Position numbers and translations under genes: made by a program. Of a stretch of 64,000 nucleotides of DNA, positions 36,797-49,849 are shown in pieces. Below the pieces are notes generated by a model. The model searched no databases, was not told the DNA's origin, and was given only the letters and a program-made list of their open reading frames with translations. Each line of letters starts with the position of its first letter. Position 1 is the stretch's first letter. This DNA comes from Felis catus (Eukaryota), in NCBI RefSeq assembly GCF_018350175.1, contig NC_058368.1:203238001-203302000 (forward strand), written 5' to 3'.

Positions 36797-37041
36797 TATC
36801 AGGCAGAATGCTAAGATGGCCCTAAGATCCTGCCGACAGTCACTTCCGGTATAATTTCCTCCACTTGGTTGTGGGCAGTACACATGAAGATGATGGCTAT
36901 CATTTCTGGGATTAGATTATGTAACATGGCAGGGAAAGGTGAAGGGATATGCAGGTATAGTTAAGTCTGTAATCAGGTGATGTTAACATAATCAAAAGAA
37001 AGATAATCCTGGGTGGGCCTCACCTAATCAGGAAAGCTATT

Positions 37042-37080
<39 letters not shown>

Positions 37081-37447
37081 TTGAGAGAGAGAGAGAGAGA
37101 GACAGAGCATGAGTGGGGGAGGGGCAGAAAGAGTGAGACACAGAATCCATAGCAGGCTCCAGACTCTGGGCTGTCAGCACAGAGCCTGAGGTGGGGCTCG
37201 AACTCACGAACCACGAGATCATGACCTGAGCGGAAGTCGGATGCTCAACCGACTGAGCCACCCAGGTGCCCCCAGGAAAGCTCTTTTTAAAAGGCTCAAA
37301 GGAGTAGCCACAGGCCAAGGAGCTGCTCTTCTTGGCTTTGAACAAGCAAGTCTCCATATTGTGGAAAGGGTCATGTCTCGTGGACATAAAAGGTGGCCTA
37401 TAGGAGATGAGAGCAATCCCTGGCCTGGGCAATAGGTCAACAGAAGA
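36797..37447 (+). mobile_element. MaLR LTR (MLT1E-like), interrupted by a CanSINE
   Basis: aggcagaatgctaagatggccc start; aatcaaaagaaagataatcctgggtgggcct..cctaatcagg. Confidence 0.75.
37040..37272 (-). mobile_element. CanSINE with (TTTA)n tail
   Basis: TSD caggaaagct. Confidence 0.92.
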
Positions 37448-37805
37448 TTCAATGATTGTTAGGCAGTTATGTTTTCAAAATTTTAATTAGCATTTCCTTG
37501 AAGTAAATTGATAGAAGATGTCGACATATGTGGCAATGATAAAATACTTTGGATGCTTCCAGGCTTTGAAAATTAAAACAACACAGCAATGGGTTCTTCT
37601 GAGGTTTCTGTTCAGATACTCTGGATTTTAGTAATTGCTATCTCTAATAACTGCTTGGAAACACTGAAACAGAAGAAAAAATGAATGAGGATTTATGAGA
37701 GGCCAACTAAACTTTAAAAAAAAATAAAAACTGTTTTGACCTGATTTAGGGTGTAAGTAAAGCATAATGTGGTGTACCAAAAATACATTTAAAAGATGCA
37801 TCCCA

Positions 37806-38030
37806 GGGGCGCCTGGGTGGCGCAGTCGGTTAAGCGTCCGACTTCAGCCAGGTCACGATCTCACGGTCCGGGAGTTCGAGCCCCGCGTTGGGCTCTGGGC
37901 TGATGGCTCAGAGCCTGGAGCCTGTTTCCGATTCTGTGTCTCCCTCTCTCTCTCTGCCCCTCCCCCGTTCATGCTCTGTGTCTCTCTGTCCCAAAAATAA
38001 ATAAACGTTGAAAAAAAAATTAAAAAAAAA
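37806..38030 (+). mobile_element. Young CanSINE
   Basis: TSD taaaagatgcatccca. Confidence 0.95.
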
Positions 38031-39493
38031 TAAAAGATGCATCCCATGAGCATATATAGCAATAACCATATGAATATTTTGAAGGATTCCTACAGAAAGA
38101 ATAGCCAGGAAGAAGGAAGATAATTAAGGAGTTGTTCTCTGAAATATCCCAGGGTTGTTTTTTAAAAGGCAGGGCTGTGGGAGAGAACAACTCGGGGTCC
38201 AGAAATACAGCAGTAGCTGCCCATTGCAAAGCCAGACCTACTCAGGCAGACTGCTTAGTAAATGTGGATCAGAATGAGATTTTTATTCATAATGGTTAAT
38301 TAGAAGCTAATTAAGAGGATCTGTTGAGCCTAGAACTCCCTATAGTCTTTGTCTAACCTCCTGCCTGCTCCTCGGGAGGATGCAGCTTTGCCCTGTGGAC
38401 AGCAGTCAGATGTCAACTATGGACAGCAGTCACGTGTTAATGGGCTGGATACATTGGTGAGTAATGCTTCACGTAATAAGGAAAGTGCCCAGAGTGCGTA
38501 CAGACACAAAACAAACCCTCTGGTTGCGGGGAGTCTTGAAGTGTGATGGTGAACAGTTGCTCTTGCCACAATAAAAACCTTCTGTGGGACCCTGCCACGG
38601 CCCCCTTGAGCTGGCCAGGCTGCCTGTGGCTTTGGGGCTTACTCCACTCTGACAGCTAATATAAACATGCTAATGCAGCTATGGCAAGAAAGAAAGTTCA
38701 GAAGAGAAGCCTGTGATAAAGGTGATCAAGCCCAAAAGAAGGAAAAAAGAAGTAAAGGCAGGGGGAAAGACACATTTTTCTTTCAGCCTTTTAAATGCAA
38801 CAATCCACTTAACAAGAGGGAACTAGAATGTTGGGACCATGCAGTTTCTGCGAAAATTCATCATTTTAATGATGAATTGGACTCAGGCTTCAGTTGTGTG
38901 AAAACTGTTTTCACCAAGCTGTGTGTGGATTACATTTTAATACTTGTAAGCAATAATTATAATTAGCATGAAAACGATTGATTGAATCTCTAAGAGCTAA
39001 TACCTTTTACTGTGTCAAAGATTTTTACATTAATTACTTATTTTTTTCCATAAAAATCCCAGGAGGTAAATAGGGCTACCATCATTATTTTTATTTGAAA
39101 GACAGAAAAATCAGACTGGTGTGGTTAAGGAACTCAGCTGAGGTGGTTTGGGGAAGCTGGTATGAAAGAAGCCGGGTTTGCTCCCAAGACAATCCTTTCT
39201 GTCACAAGACTATTTTCTTGCTTAAAAGAGAATAAAACATTTTTATTATGGCAAGAGAAAGCCATTTTGCAAGAATATTACTAATTTCATTTCTAACTAT
39301 AACGATATTCCTGCGGTGTTGGAGATAAAGCAGTATAGTTTTTTCAGGAAAAATAGAAAAAAAAAATGACAGGCCAGGGACAATCACTCTGTAATTAATA
39401 GTCACAAGTTTCAGACTTACTCTCCACCTCTTTCTAAGCAATTAACTCCCCAGGGTGCTGTGTTTTGGTCAAGTAGCACCAGGTGGCCTCTTT

Positions 39494-39626
39494 AGGGGCA
39501 CCTGGGTGGCTTAGTTGTTTAAGCATCTGACTCTTGGTTTCTGTTCAGGTCATGATCTCAGGTTCATGGGATCGAGCTCTGTGTTGGGCTCTGAGCTGAT
39601 AGCACAGAGCCTGCTTGGGATTTTCT

Positions 39627-39678
<52 letters not shown>

Positions 39679-39732
39679 GCCCCTCTCCCACTCATTTTTC
39701 CTCTCTCTCAAAATAAATAAACTTTAAAATTA
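39494..39732 (+). mobile_element. CanSINE with long (CT)n
   Basis: TSD gcctcttta. Confidence 0.9.
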
Positions 39733-40216
39733 AGTAGCCTCTTTAATATAGAGGGCTTATTTGACAAAATGAATGACAATACAGGGAAATACACGGAATC
39801 AAGAACAGTGTAGTTGATCTCAATATTTGTAGAGTTTTGCTATTTACTTTTGACTATTTACAGATGAGCCCCAAGATTTAAGATGCAGAATTTGTCATGT
39901 CATCAGGCATGTCTTTCTGTCACCTGCACCTTTAACTTGGCAAAGCAGAAATTGTGTAGAAAGCTATATAGCCCATTGACTTTTTCTGATATAAAATCAC
40001 CTTTAAGTATCTTAGGACTATTATTATAATGCTCAGCTTTATAGCACTGCAAATGTCTCAAGGCACTGAGTAATACAAATGCCAGATAAGCCAGCCTTGT
40101 CTCTATCACAGAGAAACAGAAACAACATGTTAAATTTCATGTAAGTTATTTTGTGCTTTATTAGTATGTAGTTTTAAAAACTTCACCATGTGTATTCTTT
40201 TTGGGTCACCAAAGAC

Positions 40217-40243
40217 GTGTGTGTGTGTGTGTGTGTGTGTGTG
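40217..40243. repeat. (GT)n microsatellite
   Basis: Direct reading. Confidence 0.95.
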
Positions 40244-40305
40244 CACGTGCCTGCAAATCCTGAGGGCCATTTCTTTGTTCTCAATTTCTTTACTGATTCT
40301 GTAGC

Positions 40306-40518
40306 TTTTTAAAAAATATATTTTATAAATATTTAATTTTGAGAGAGAGAGAGAGAGAGAGCACGTCCAAGTGGGCGAGGGGCAGAGAGAGAGGGAGACA
40401 GAGAATACCAAGCAGGCTCCGTTGCTGTCAGTGCAGAACCTGTGATGCAGGGCTCAGATCATGACGTGAGCCAAAATCAAGAGTTGGATGCTCAACCCAC
40501 TGAGCCAGCCAGGTGCCC
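40306..40518 (-). mobile_element. CanSINE
   Basis: Reverse body; tagctttt flanks. Confidence 0.9.
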
Positions 40519-40799
40519 ATGATACCATAGCTTTTGAAATTGATGACTTTCTTAAACTATCTTACTCCTTTGGCTTCTGTGAAATAATGTGCTGTCTGTC
40601 TTCCTGCTTCCCTGATTAATCCTCCTTTGTTTCTTTTTCCTGGCTCCTCTCTAACCACTGATACTTCCCAGCTTCAGTTTTTGGATCTTAGTCTTCTTTC
40701 ATATGTAATCACTTTGCAACTATGTTGAGGACTTTCAAATCTGCATTTCCGGAACTTTTTCTTCTAATCACTGGCTTTCTCTCTATACCTTCTAATATA

Positions 40800-40862
40800 T
40801 TTTTTTAAATTTTTTTTAACATCTATTCATTTTGGGGAGACAGTGTGAGTGGGGGAGGGGCA
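40800..40862 (-). mobile_element. 5'-truncated CanSINE tail fragment
   Basis: gagacagtgtgagtgggggaggggca plus T-rich tail; ctaatat flanks. Confidence 0.65.
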
Positions 40863-41053
40863 CTAATATTTTTAAATGGGTTCTCTGGTGTTAACAGCAA
40901 ACCCAACACGTTCAAAGGTGAACTCATAATCTTCTCCACCACACATTTGTCAATTCTTCCTTGGGACTGAAGGCAAGAAGTTATCTTTAATTCATACCTT
41001 CCTTTGATATATGTAATTAGTAAATAGTGAAAGCAAACCCACATTTGGGGGGA

Positions 41054-41223
41054 TTTTTTTTAAGTTTATTTTATTTATTTTGGGAGAGAGAGAGAATCCC
41101 AAGCAGGCTCCGTGCTATCAGCACAGAGCTGGATGTGGGGCTTAAACTCAAGAACTGCAAGATCATGACCTGAGCCCAAATCAAGAGTCAGAAGCTTAAC
41201 CGACTGAGCCACCCAGGTGCCCC
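41054..41223 (-). mobile_element. CanSINE
   Basis: Reverse body. Confidence 0.9.
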
Positions 41224-41229
41224 AGGGAA

Positions 41230-41406
41230 TTTTTTTTTTTTTTAACGTTTATTTATTTTTGGGACAGAGAGAGACAGAGCATGAACGGGGGAGGGGCAGA
41301 GAGAGAGGGAGACACAGAATCGGAAACAGGGCTCGAACTCACGGACAGCGAGATCGTGACGTGGCTGAAGTCGGACGCTTAACCGACTGCGCCACCCAGG
41401 CGCCCC
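41230..41406 (-). mobile_element. Young CanSINE with 39-bp internal deletion
   Basis: TSD cccagggaattttt; lacks ggctccagg..cccgacgcg relative to the copy at 44450. Confidence 0.92.
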
Positions 41407-43434
41407 AACCCAGGGAATTTTTAATCCAATGTTGCTTCCACCTACATGCATTGCTACAATAGAGTTATTTAGAGTGATTCCCGCTTGCAAAACCAATGCC
41501 AGCTGCACTTGACCCACCACTTTAATAAGGTCTCTTTTACTCTGAAACCTGCAATAAGATCTTATTTCCAGTCAAAGTCAGGGGAGGCTACTGCAGGTGG
41601 ATTTAAGGCATTGATTACCTGAGCCTACCCTACCTGTCCTGCTTCTTTTTACTTCCCTTTCATCAGGGAAGACTTGTTTTTATTTCTTCAGTGAGCCACA
41701 GCACTCTCATTCTGCACTCTGTGCCTTTATTGTGTTGGTTGACTTGCCCGGTATCCTGTCTCATCCTCTTCACCTCTGCGTGTCCCCCAGTCTTCCAAGT
41801 TCCAGATCCCGTCCCACTTCCTCACGACAGGAGACCTCCACAGATAGGATCTTCTCTGAAGTTGTTTACAATATCACGTAGAAGGTGTCTTCCCAGGATA
41901 CCACCGAATCATGCTACTTAATTTATTTTAGATTGAGAATCTCCTGAGGCAGGAGACGCGGTTAATAAGCAGTGTGTCAATCCTGGCTCCCAGATTAATA
42001 CATACAAAATAGGCGGTCCATAGTTAATTGCTCATTGAAAAATCGGTGTTTTCAGATTTTTCAGTCCTTCATATTATGTCAATTTCCCATCTGGTCATTT
42101 GAAAAAATAAAGTGGCACCTCACAGCTTTCAGGATAAATGCAACTATGTTCTCTTGTCCAGTTAGGAATATAGCCTTCCAGTTCAACATTGGGAAAAGAG
42201 AATAAACATTGAACTTTTGATTTTTTTTAATTAATGGAAATAATTTCACGAGTCTGGCCCTAAGTTTATCCTAATTTATTAACAGGAAACACCTGAGAAA
42301 TAATTGCTTTTTGGCTTACGGAATCCTGCTTTATTATTTTTTTAGGCTTTTCCATTTAAATACAGATACAGCTTTAATAAATATTATAATCACTTATGTT
42401 TAGAAAATATAGCACTTTTTGTTTCTATGGCTGGCTGAAATTCTTTAATTAAAGGTGATTTTAATTTGGAAATTCAAGATGTTGTGAATTAAATTCTACT
42501 GTACTTAGAGGAGAAGGAAAATATTTGAAGTGCTACTCTGGCATTCTGTAAGCTCTGGAAAAAATGCCCAGTATAACCTTAATATATTTTCATTAAACTG
42601 AAACTTAGGGATTTACAGAAGTAAATTTTTACTTTGCAGCTGTAGCCGAGTAGTTTGTGTTCTTCCAGATTTTTCCCACTAAAATTCTGTTATTTAAAGT
42701 TTTAGATGTTTCAGAAATATCTCACATTCAGTAGCGTATCTTTCACACATCAAAATGAGTTCAAATTGATATCTTTGTTTCATTCTTACTAATTCAACAT
42801 AGGAGTAGAGATTCTAGCTGCCAACTGGTATGGGTTTTGGGTGGGACTGGTAAGATTTGGGGAAGGTGAAGGAAAAAAACAAAGTAAGCCAGATGTCATG
42901 GAAGCAACTCTTAGATCTCTCATAAAGCAGGAGGGCCCTCCTACTAGAATCTAGAGCTAAATAAGAGTGAGTGTGACACATTATCTGTGGGCTGTGACTT
43001 TACATTATTAGATCAAGTGGAAAAATGGCATTTTGGGTGGCACTTTAGTGCACCTCTTGGGATTTCCACTTTGCACTTGGCAAGAACACATTCTAGACAT
43101 ACCTCATTTTTATGTTTGTTTCTTTTTTTCACAAGATTTGGTGGGATAAAGAAATCTGAACCTCCCTTTATAAAAGTAGCTTGATAGGTCCGAGGTAGGG
43201 GAACCCTCTATTAGAGAACTAATTGCTAATTATACTAAGTGCACAAATACATGCTACCTGAAAAAGCTGAAAGCATTAAGGATATAAATCAATTTTGAGA
43301 ACATTATTTTCAAGGCTAGTTTCCTGTCTTCCTTCTCAGAAATACAGTTATCAACTTGGTGTGTGAACTTTTTCAGTTAATTTATGTGCATATGTTTGCT
43401 CTTACAAAAATAAATAATATTGCCTTATAATATT

Positions 43435-44265
43435 TCTAGCAATTTTATTGAGATATAATTCACCTGTCATACAATTCACTCATTTAAAGTGTACAATTCA
43501 ATGGTCGTGTATATTGGCAGAGTTGTGTGTCTATCACCACAACCAATATTAGAACATTACTCCAAAAAGAAATCCCGTTCCCATTAGCTATTATTTTGCA
43601 AATCCTCAACCCCACCAACATCTCCCTGAGTACTAGGCAACTACTCACCTACTCTCTGTCTTTATAGATTTTCCTATTCTGAATATTTCATATAAATAGA
43701 ACTGTACAATATGAAATCCTTTGTGATTGCCTTCTTTCATTTAGCATAGTTTTCAAGGTTCCTTCATGTTGCAGCATGCATCAGTACTTTATTGTGTTTT
43801 ATTACTGACTACTATTCATTTTATGAATACACATTTTACTTATCCATTAATCAGTTGACAGATGTGCAGTGAGTTGTTCCTTCCTTTTGCCTATTATGAA
43901 TAATGCTGCTATGAACAGTCACGTACAAGTTTTTGTGTGGACAAATGTTTTCTTTTCCCTTGCCTGTACACCCAGGAGCAGAATTGCTGGGTCATAATGG
44001 TAACTCTATGTTTAATCTTTTGAGGGATGACCAGACTATTTTCCAGAGTGGATGCACCTTGAATCACTATGCTGCATACCTGAAACTAATGTAGCATTGT
44101 ATGTCAACTATACCTCAATAAATAGAAACAAAAATACATAAGAGGGAGTATGCTTGGCATGTTAGTATAATAAGAAGTATAAAACAAAAGCAAAAACAAA
44201 AACAAGCGCAAAGTGGATGCACCATTTTATATTCCGCGTTCTCACCAATACTTCTTATTATCATA
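43435..44265 (-). mobile_element. L1MB-like 3' end, interrupted at 44059-44211
   Basis: ttttattgagatataattcac..catttaaagtgtacaattcaatgg; aataatgctgctatgaaca; gaattgctgggtcata. Confidence 0.88.
44059..44211 (+). mobile_element. Short carnivore L1 3'-end insertion with extra 3' sequence
   Basis: tgaatcactatg..cctgaaactaatgta..tgtatgtcaactata..aataaa; TSD agtggatgcacc at 44047-44058 and 44212-44223. Confidence 0.8.
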
Positions 44266-44449
44266 ACTGCATTCTTAAAATACAGTATCACAGTTTCTGG
44301 TTGTTTTATAATTTTCCTTTTTTACTTAGTAAACTTAGTAAAAAACTTACTTACTAAGTTTTACTTAGTAAACATATTCATATGTTTAACAGCTGTAAGT
44401 GCCTCCATACTATAAATATGCAATAATATCTTCAGTCATCGTTATTTCT

Positions 44450-44673
44450 TTTTTTTTTTAATTTTTTTTTCAACGTTTATTTATTTTTGGGACAGAGAGA
44501 GACAGAGCATGAACGGGCGAGGGGCAGAGAGAGAGGGAGACACAGAATCGGAAACAGGCTCCAGGCTCTGAGCCATCAGCCCAGAGCCCGACGCGGGGCT
44601 CGAACTCACGGACCGCGAGATCGTGACCCGGCTGAAGTCGGACGCTTAACCGACTGCGCCACCCAGGCACCCC
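44450..44673 (-). mobile_element. Young CanSINE
   Basis: TSD cagtcatcgttatttct. Confidence 0.95.
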
Positions 44674-44829
44674 AGTCATCGTTATTTCTATAGACATTCA
44701 GTTTGCTTCCAATTTTTCACTGTTAAAAATGATAGCACCAATACAGTGAACATCCTTGTACAAAAGGGTTTTTTTACAGGTATATGTGTAAATATTTCTC
44801 TAGAATAGAAAACTAGAAGTTAAACTACT

Positions 44830-44832
<3 letters not shown>

Positions 44833-44879
<47 letters not shown>

Positions 44880-44925
44880 TATATACATACATATATATAT
44901 ACATATATATACATATATATATATT
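44833..44925. repeat. (TA)n / (TACA)n microsatellite
   Basis: Direct reading. Confidence 0.95.
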
Positions 44926-45157
44926 ATATGAGCATTAATAGAGCATGCAAATAAACTTTAAAGTGAATGCCAAAATAGTAAAAATATATTGTCAAAGTGG
45001 CTATTTAAAATATAGCTGTGCTAGCAGTGAAAGTATCTGTTCACCACAGCCTTACCAATGTGTCACTTTATTAAGCTATTTATATTTTTATAAATCTAAT
45101 TTATCTTGTTATCTCAATTTCCATTTCCCAGATTACCAGCTATTAAACATCATTCAT

Positions 45158-45322
45158 GGGATGCCTGGGTGGCTCAGTCAGTTGAATGTCTGCTTCTTGA
45201 TTTTGGCTCAGGTCATCATGTCACATTTCATGAGACTGAGCCCCGGCTCAGGTTCTGTGCTGAGAGTGCAGAGCCGGCTTGGGATTCTCTCTTCTTCTCT
45301 CTCTACCCTTCCCCAGCTTGTG

Positions 45323-45380
<58 letters not shown>

Positions 45381-45398
45381 ATAAATAAACATTCAAAA
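45158..45398 (+). mobile_element. CanSINE with long (CT)n
   Basis: Flanked by catcattYatg. Confidence 0.9.
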
Positions 45399-45952
45399 AC
45401 CATCATTTATGATTATTGGGCATTTGTTTAATGATCATTGACAGTTCTTTTTCTGTTTCTTACTGATACATAGGTATTAAAATGTTTGTATATTAATCCT
45501 CTGTCAGTGATATGTTAGTTTGTTACCATTCTTTTAATAATTTAGAAATAAACTTTAAATTTAAACATAACCAAATGTATCAACTTTTCTGTACTATTTT
45601 TTTCACCTAAGATGACTATTCCTCTGATAAATTTATAAATGCAATTTCCTCTGCTTTCTTCAATGCTTTTGGTTTTATGACCAATTACTTAAATCATCTG
45701 AATTAATTTTACTAAAAGGTAGGAAGTAGGGATCTAACTTTATTTAAGGATAGACTGTTCAACATAATTTTAAAAACTGTCTTGAGCAACGATGGTATGC
45801 CAGGTATATTTCTAGATAGTAGGGCTCCAATCAAAAATATGGCCAGCTTGCTCCTGATAGGAGCATCCTAACCAATTTTTTCAGTGCCATTTACTAAATA
45901 GATTATTCTTTCTCCACTAATTTGAAAAATCACATTTATCACATTTTAAATA

Positions 45953-45953
<1 letters not shown>

Positions 45954-45989
<36 letters not shown>
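45954..45989. repeat. (CA)n microsatellite
   Basis: Direct reading. Confidence 0.95.
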
Positions 45990-45991
<2 letters not shown>

Positions 45992-46440
45992 TCTGGCAGC
46001 CATGGGAACAAACCACTCATATCTGCTGCAGAGCATAGTTGATTGACAGTCCATGTGCCAATCCTCAGGATCTACCCTATTCCCCTGGGCAACTCCCAGT
46101 CAATCCCAATCAGTGACCAAGCACAACAGTGACACTAATGCAAGCTCATTTCTATGAGTCATGGGACTTCTCCAATGGGCAACTTTGGCTCAAAAGGCTC
46201 CCGATTGCCCTGCCTGAAAGTTCACTAGAACATGTATTAGCATACTACTGCCATTGAAAGAGTATACCCAGCTAAAATGTCCTTCATCGTTTCCTCTCAC
46301 AGACCCACACTGCTTTAAAAAGGCTTTCTCTGCCTACAGCTGCTTCTTCCATTTTATTCTTCACCTGTTCCCTCCAATAATTCTCTTGCATGTCTAGTCC
46401 CTTCTTGGTGTCTGTTTTTCAGAAGACCTCAGTTTACACA
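45992..46440 (+). mobile_element. ERVL LTR (LTR16-family-like)
   Basis: Ends caataattctcttgcatgtctagtcccttcttggtgtctgtttttcagaagacctcagtttacaca, as in recalled LTR16-type 3' ends. Confidence 0.6.
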
Positions 46441-46744
46441 GACTGAACAGCTAACAGCTCTGCTGTGGCCAGTATTGGGTGCCAGGGCAAGTATCATGAC
46501 AGAGTAGCTGAGGAATCCACTGCTTGTAGAGATGCACAATAGAACTCAGAGCAGTGGGGTGGAAGTTCAAGACAATTAATATGTGCCTCTCCCTGCCTCT
46601 AGTATGCCAAACATCCCCTTTCTATTAAGTGAGAAGTTTCTTATTATTCTGGCAATATCAATATTGTCTAATGCTATATAGAGTTATCATCTTGAAGCAC
46701 CCCTTCATGCTGTGATGGTTGAGTGATATCTTTTTTTTTATTAA

Positions 46745-46933
46745 ACAATATGTTTTTACTAAGCAATTAATGGATCAAAAAAGAAGTCAAGAGGAAAAAA
46801 AATCCTTTGAGACAAATGAAAATGGAAATACAACATACCAGAAATTTTGGATGCAGAAAAAGCAGTTCAAGGAGGCAAGTTCACAGCAAGAAATGCCACA
46901 TCATGAAACAAAATCTCAAATCACCTCAAGAAC
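46745..46933 (+). mobile_element. L1 ORF2 internal fragment
   Basis: ttgagacaaatgaaaatggaaatacaacataccagaa..ggatgcag..aaagcagt (ETNENGNTTYQ motif). Confidence 0.8.
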
Positions 46934-47959
46934 CGTGAAGACTACCTCTCTCTACTGTCCTCCACTCTTGTTCCAACCATGACATCAGACTGCATATAAA
47001 GAGTTGATAACCCATTGTACTCAGGTTCTTGTAGTTCCCCAGTACCATATCTCTGTGTAAGTTTCTTTAAGAGGGGTCCAGAAAAGTCCACTCATCCAAG
47101 GTGAAGTCCACAATCACCAAAGGTCATTGAATGATGGCCAGCAAAATGCCTTTGAAACACAGTGATTGAACGTTCAAATTATAATCTAAATTAACTATTT
47201 TTATCACTTCTCTCAACCCATTTGTTCACAAAGTCTCAATAATATTATATCTTAAATATTTCTTGAATCTCTCCCTCAGTGGGAACCACCTTAAAACTAA
47301 CATTTTTCCTTTGCCTTGACTATGGAAAAAATTCCCAAAGGGGTATTCTTGCCTTCATTCTGTGCCCCTTTAATCCTTCCTCCTCTTCTCTGACAATCTT
47401 CTCTTAAAAATAACAAATCTGTGCTTACATTTTTCCTCAGTGGCATTCTACCTATGTCAGAAAGCCCAAATTCCACTGAAAGATCCTTCATCATGTGACC
47501 CATGCCCTGCTCCCCGGCCTCTTTGTAGAGGCTCTTCTCACACTGAATGTTCTAGCTCACTAAATTATTTCTATTTCCCCAACCACAACATGCTGTTTCA
47601 GTCTCGCTGTTTTGCACATGAAATCATCTTAACCTGAAATGCTATCTCCTCATGCTGTCTTCAAATGTCCTATAGTGATATAGTCTTCAAAATGGATATA
47701 CGCATTATACTAAATCAAGAAAGGATGAACAGTGCATATGACAAATTAAACCCTATACAATAGTGGTTTCTACTTTAATTAACTCCGTGAATTACTTGGC
47801 TTTCTTGGCATTTGTAGTTCAAAATTACACCAATATAAATTCTAAGTATATCCCCACTCTGTCTTCTCCATCACATCTCTAAGTTTCTATATGAAACAAT
47901 ACCATTAAATAAATACATAAGAGGAACTGTGGCTTAGTAATGGAAAAACCTGTGTTTAA

Positions 47960-48168
47960 ATTTTTTTAATGTTTATTTATTTTTTCAGAGACAGAGAGAG
48001 CATAAGCAGGGGAGGAGCAGAGAGAGAGAGAGTCACAGATTCCAAAGCAGGCTCCAGGCTCTGAACTGTCAGCACAGAGCCTGACGTGAGGCTCAAACTC
48101 ACAAACCGTGAGATCATGACCTGAGCCGAAGTTGGACACTTAACAGACAGAGCCAACTAGGCACCCCT
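47960..48168 (-). mobile_element. CanSINE
   Basis: TSD gaaaaacctgtgtttaa. Confidence 0.92.
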
Positions 48169-48454
48169 GAAAAACCTGTGTTTAAGTACCAGTTTTATAC
48201 TAATTCTATGATTATAAAGCTTTCCAATCAAAAATAAGTTAATATTGGCACTTAATCCATTGGGTTAGGGAAATATTAAATGAGACAATGCATATACAGT
48301 TTATAGTGCTTTGTACAAGGTAGGAATCTTATAATATTAGTCCCAATCAAGACAGGCCACTTTTTTATTTTACTTCTACCCCAGTCTTTGCATGAGAACT
48401 TTGTACTGCCTCAGCTACACCCTAAATATCAGCTCTTGCTACTCTAGTTTTCGC

Positions 48455-48597
48455 CTTCAAACTAGCAAATTTCTGGCATCTCCTAGAAGTTTATGAAGAA
48501 GCAGATTCTTAGGCACCCCCAGTATGGCTGAATCAAAATCTGCATTTCAGGGTCTCTAGATGATTTGTATGCACAGTAAATTTTGAGAAACACTAAT
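48455..48597. mobile_element. MER5-like hAT-Charlie MITE
   Basis: gcagattctt..ctgaatcaaaatctgcattt..tgatttgtatgcacagtaaattttgagaaacact. Confidence 0.65.
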
Positions 48598-49083
48598 GTC
48601 TAAAGCATATTTCTTCTAAACTTTCTATTCTGCATGCATTGCACCTAGTAATATTCACTACACTGAACTGTCCACCCACCACATGCTTTCCTGATAAGCA
48701 TTATCATACAGTTGTGTAATAGGTTTAAATATAACAAAATATGACCATCATATACATATATATGTATATATATATCAGATATTATATATAAATTGCAGGA
48801 ATGCTGAAACTATCTGTGATTAACCATCCATTTGGCACATTCATCATCATGTAGGACTTTGGTACCACTCTGATTTTGCCCTGGTTGCACGTCTTTTGTT
48901 CTGGCTTCAGAGACCCCCAGATTTCTGAGATATCTAATAATTTCACTCATTTCAGATTATTCCTAGATCGACAGTGTATATGTCTTTTTAACACAAGTTA
49001 CTCTCACACATCTTAGGAGTTGTTCTGAAAAATTATGCCCTTAGTTACTTTGAGACAAAATTTTCATATAGTCAAATGCATCC

Positions 49084-49285
49084 TTTTTTTATGTTTATTT
49101 TTGAGAGAGAGAGAGAGACAGAGTGTGAGCAGGGGAGGGGAAGCGAGGGAGGGGAAGAGAAAGAGGGAAACACAGAATCTACAGCAGCCTCCAGGCTGAT
49201 GTGGGGCTTGAACTCATGAACCCTGAGATCATGACCTGAGCTGAACTCTGATATTTAACTGGACTGAGCCACCCAGGCACACCTG
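49084..49285 (-). mobile_element. CanSINE
   Basis: Reverse body. Confidence 0.88.
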
Positions 49286-49632
49286 GGCAAATACATCTTA
49301 TCTTCAAAATATATGTAAACATAATGAAGTCATTAAAGGTTGCAATAAATGTTTGTAGGAATTACCACATTATAAACTGTGAATTGTAATTATAGATTAT
49401 AAAACATCATTTTGGATCTAATTGAGCAGAAACTATTCTTAATCCAGATACAGTTTACAATTATAGTTTACCTCGCATTATCTTGAAAAAAGCATAGGAT
49501 TATTGAATACAAGCTTATAGCTAAGATTTTTTTTAAATTTGAAAACATTTATGCACTTTAAAATATTCATTTATTTGCCATGCTTTGAAAAGTGACTCAT
49601 CTGATCAAAGCCTTAAAGATCTTAACTACATA

Positions 49633-49849
49633 GGAGCTCCTGGGTGGTTCAGTCTGTTGGGCATCCCACTTTGGCTCAGGTCATGATCTCACAGTTCATG
49701 AGTTAGAGCCCCGCGTCGGGCTCTGTGCTGACAGCTCAGAGCCTGGAGCCTGCTTTGGATTCTGTGTCTCCCTGTCTCTCTGCTCCTCCCTGCTCACACG
49801 CTGTCTCTCTCTCAAAAATAAATAAAAGATTTTTAAAAAATTAAAAAAA
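49633..49849 (+). mobile_element. CanSINE
   Basis: Flanked by cttWactacata. Confidence 0.9.
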
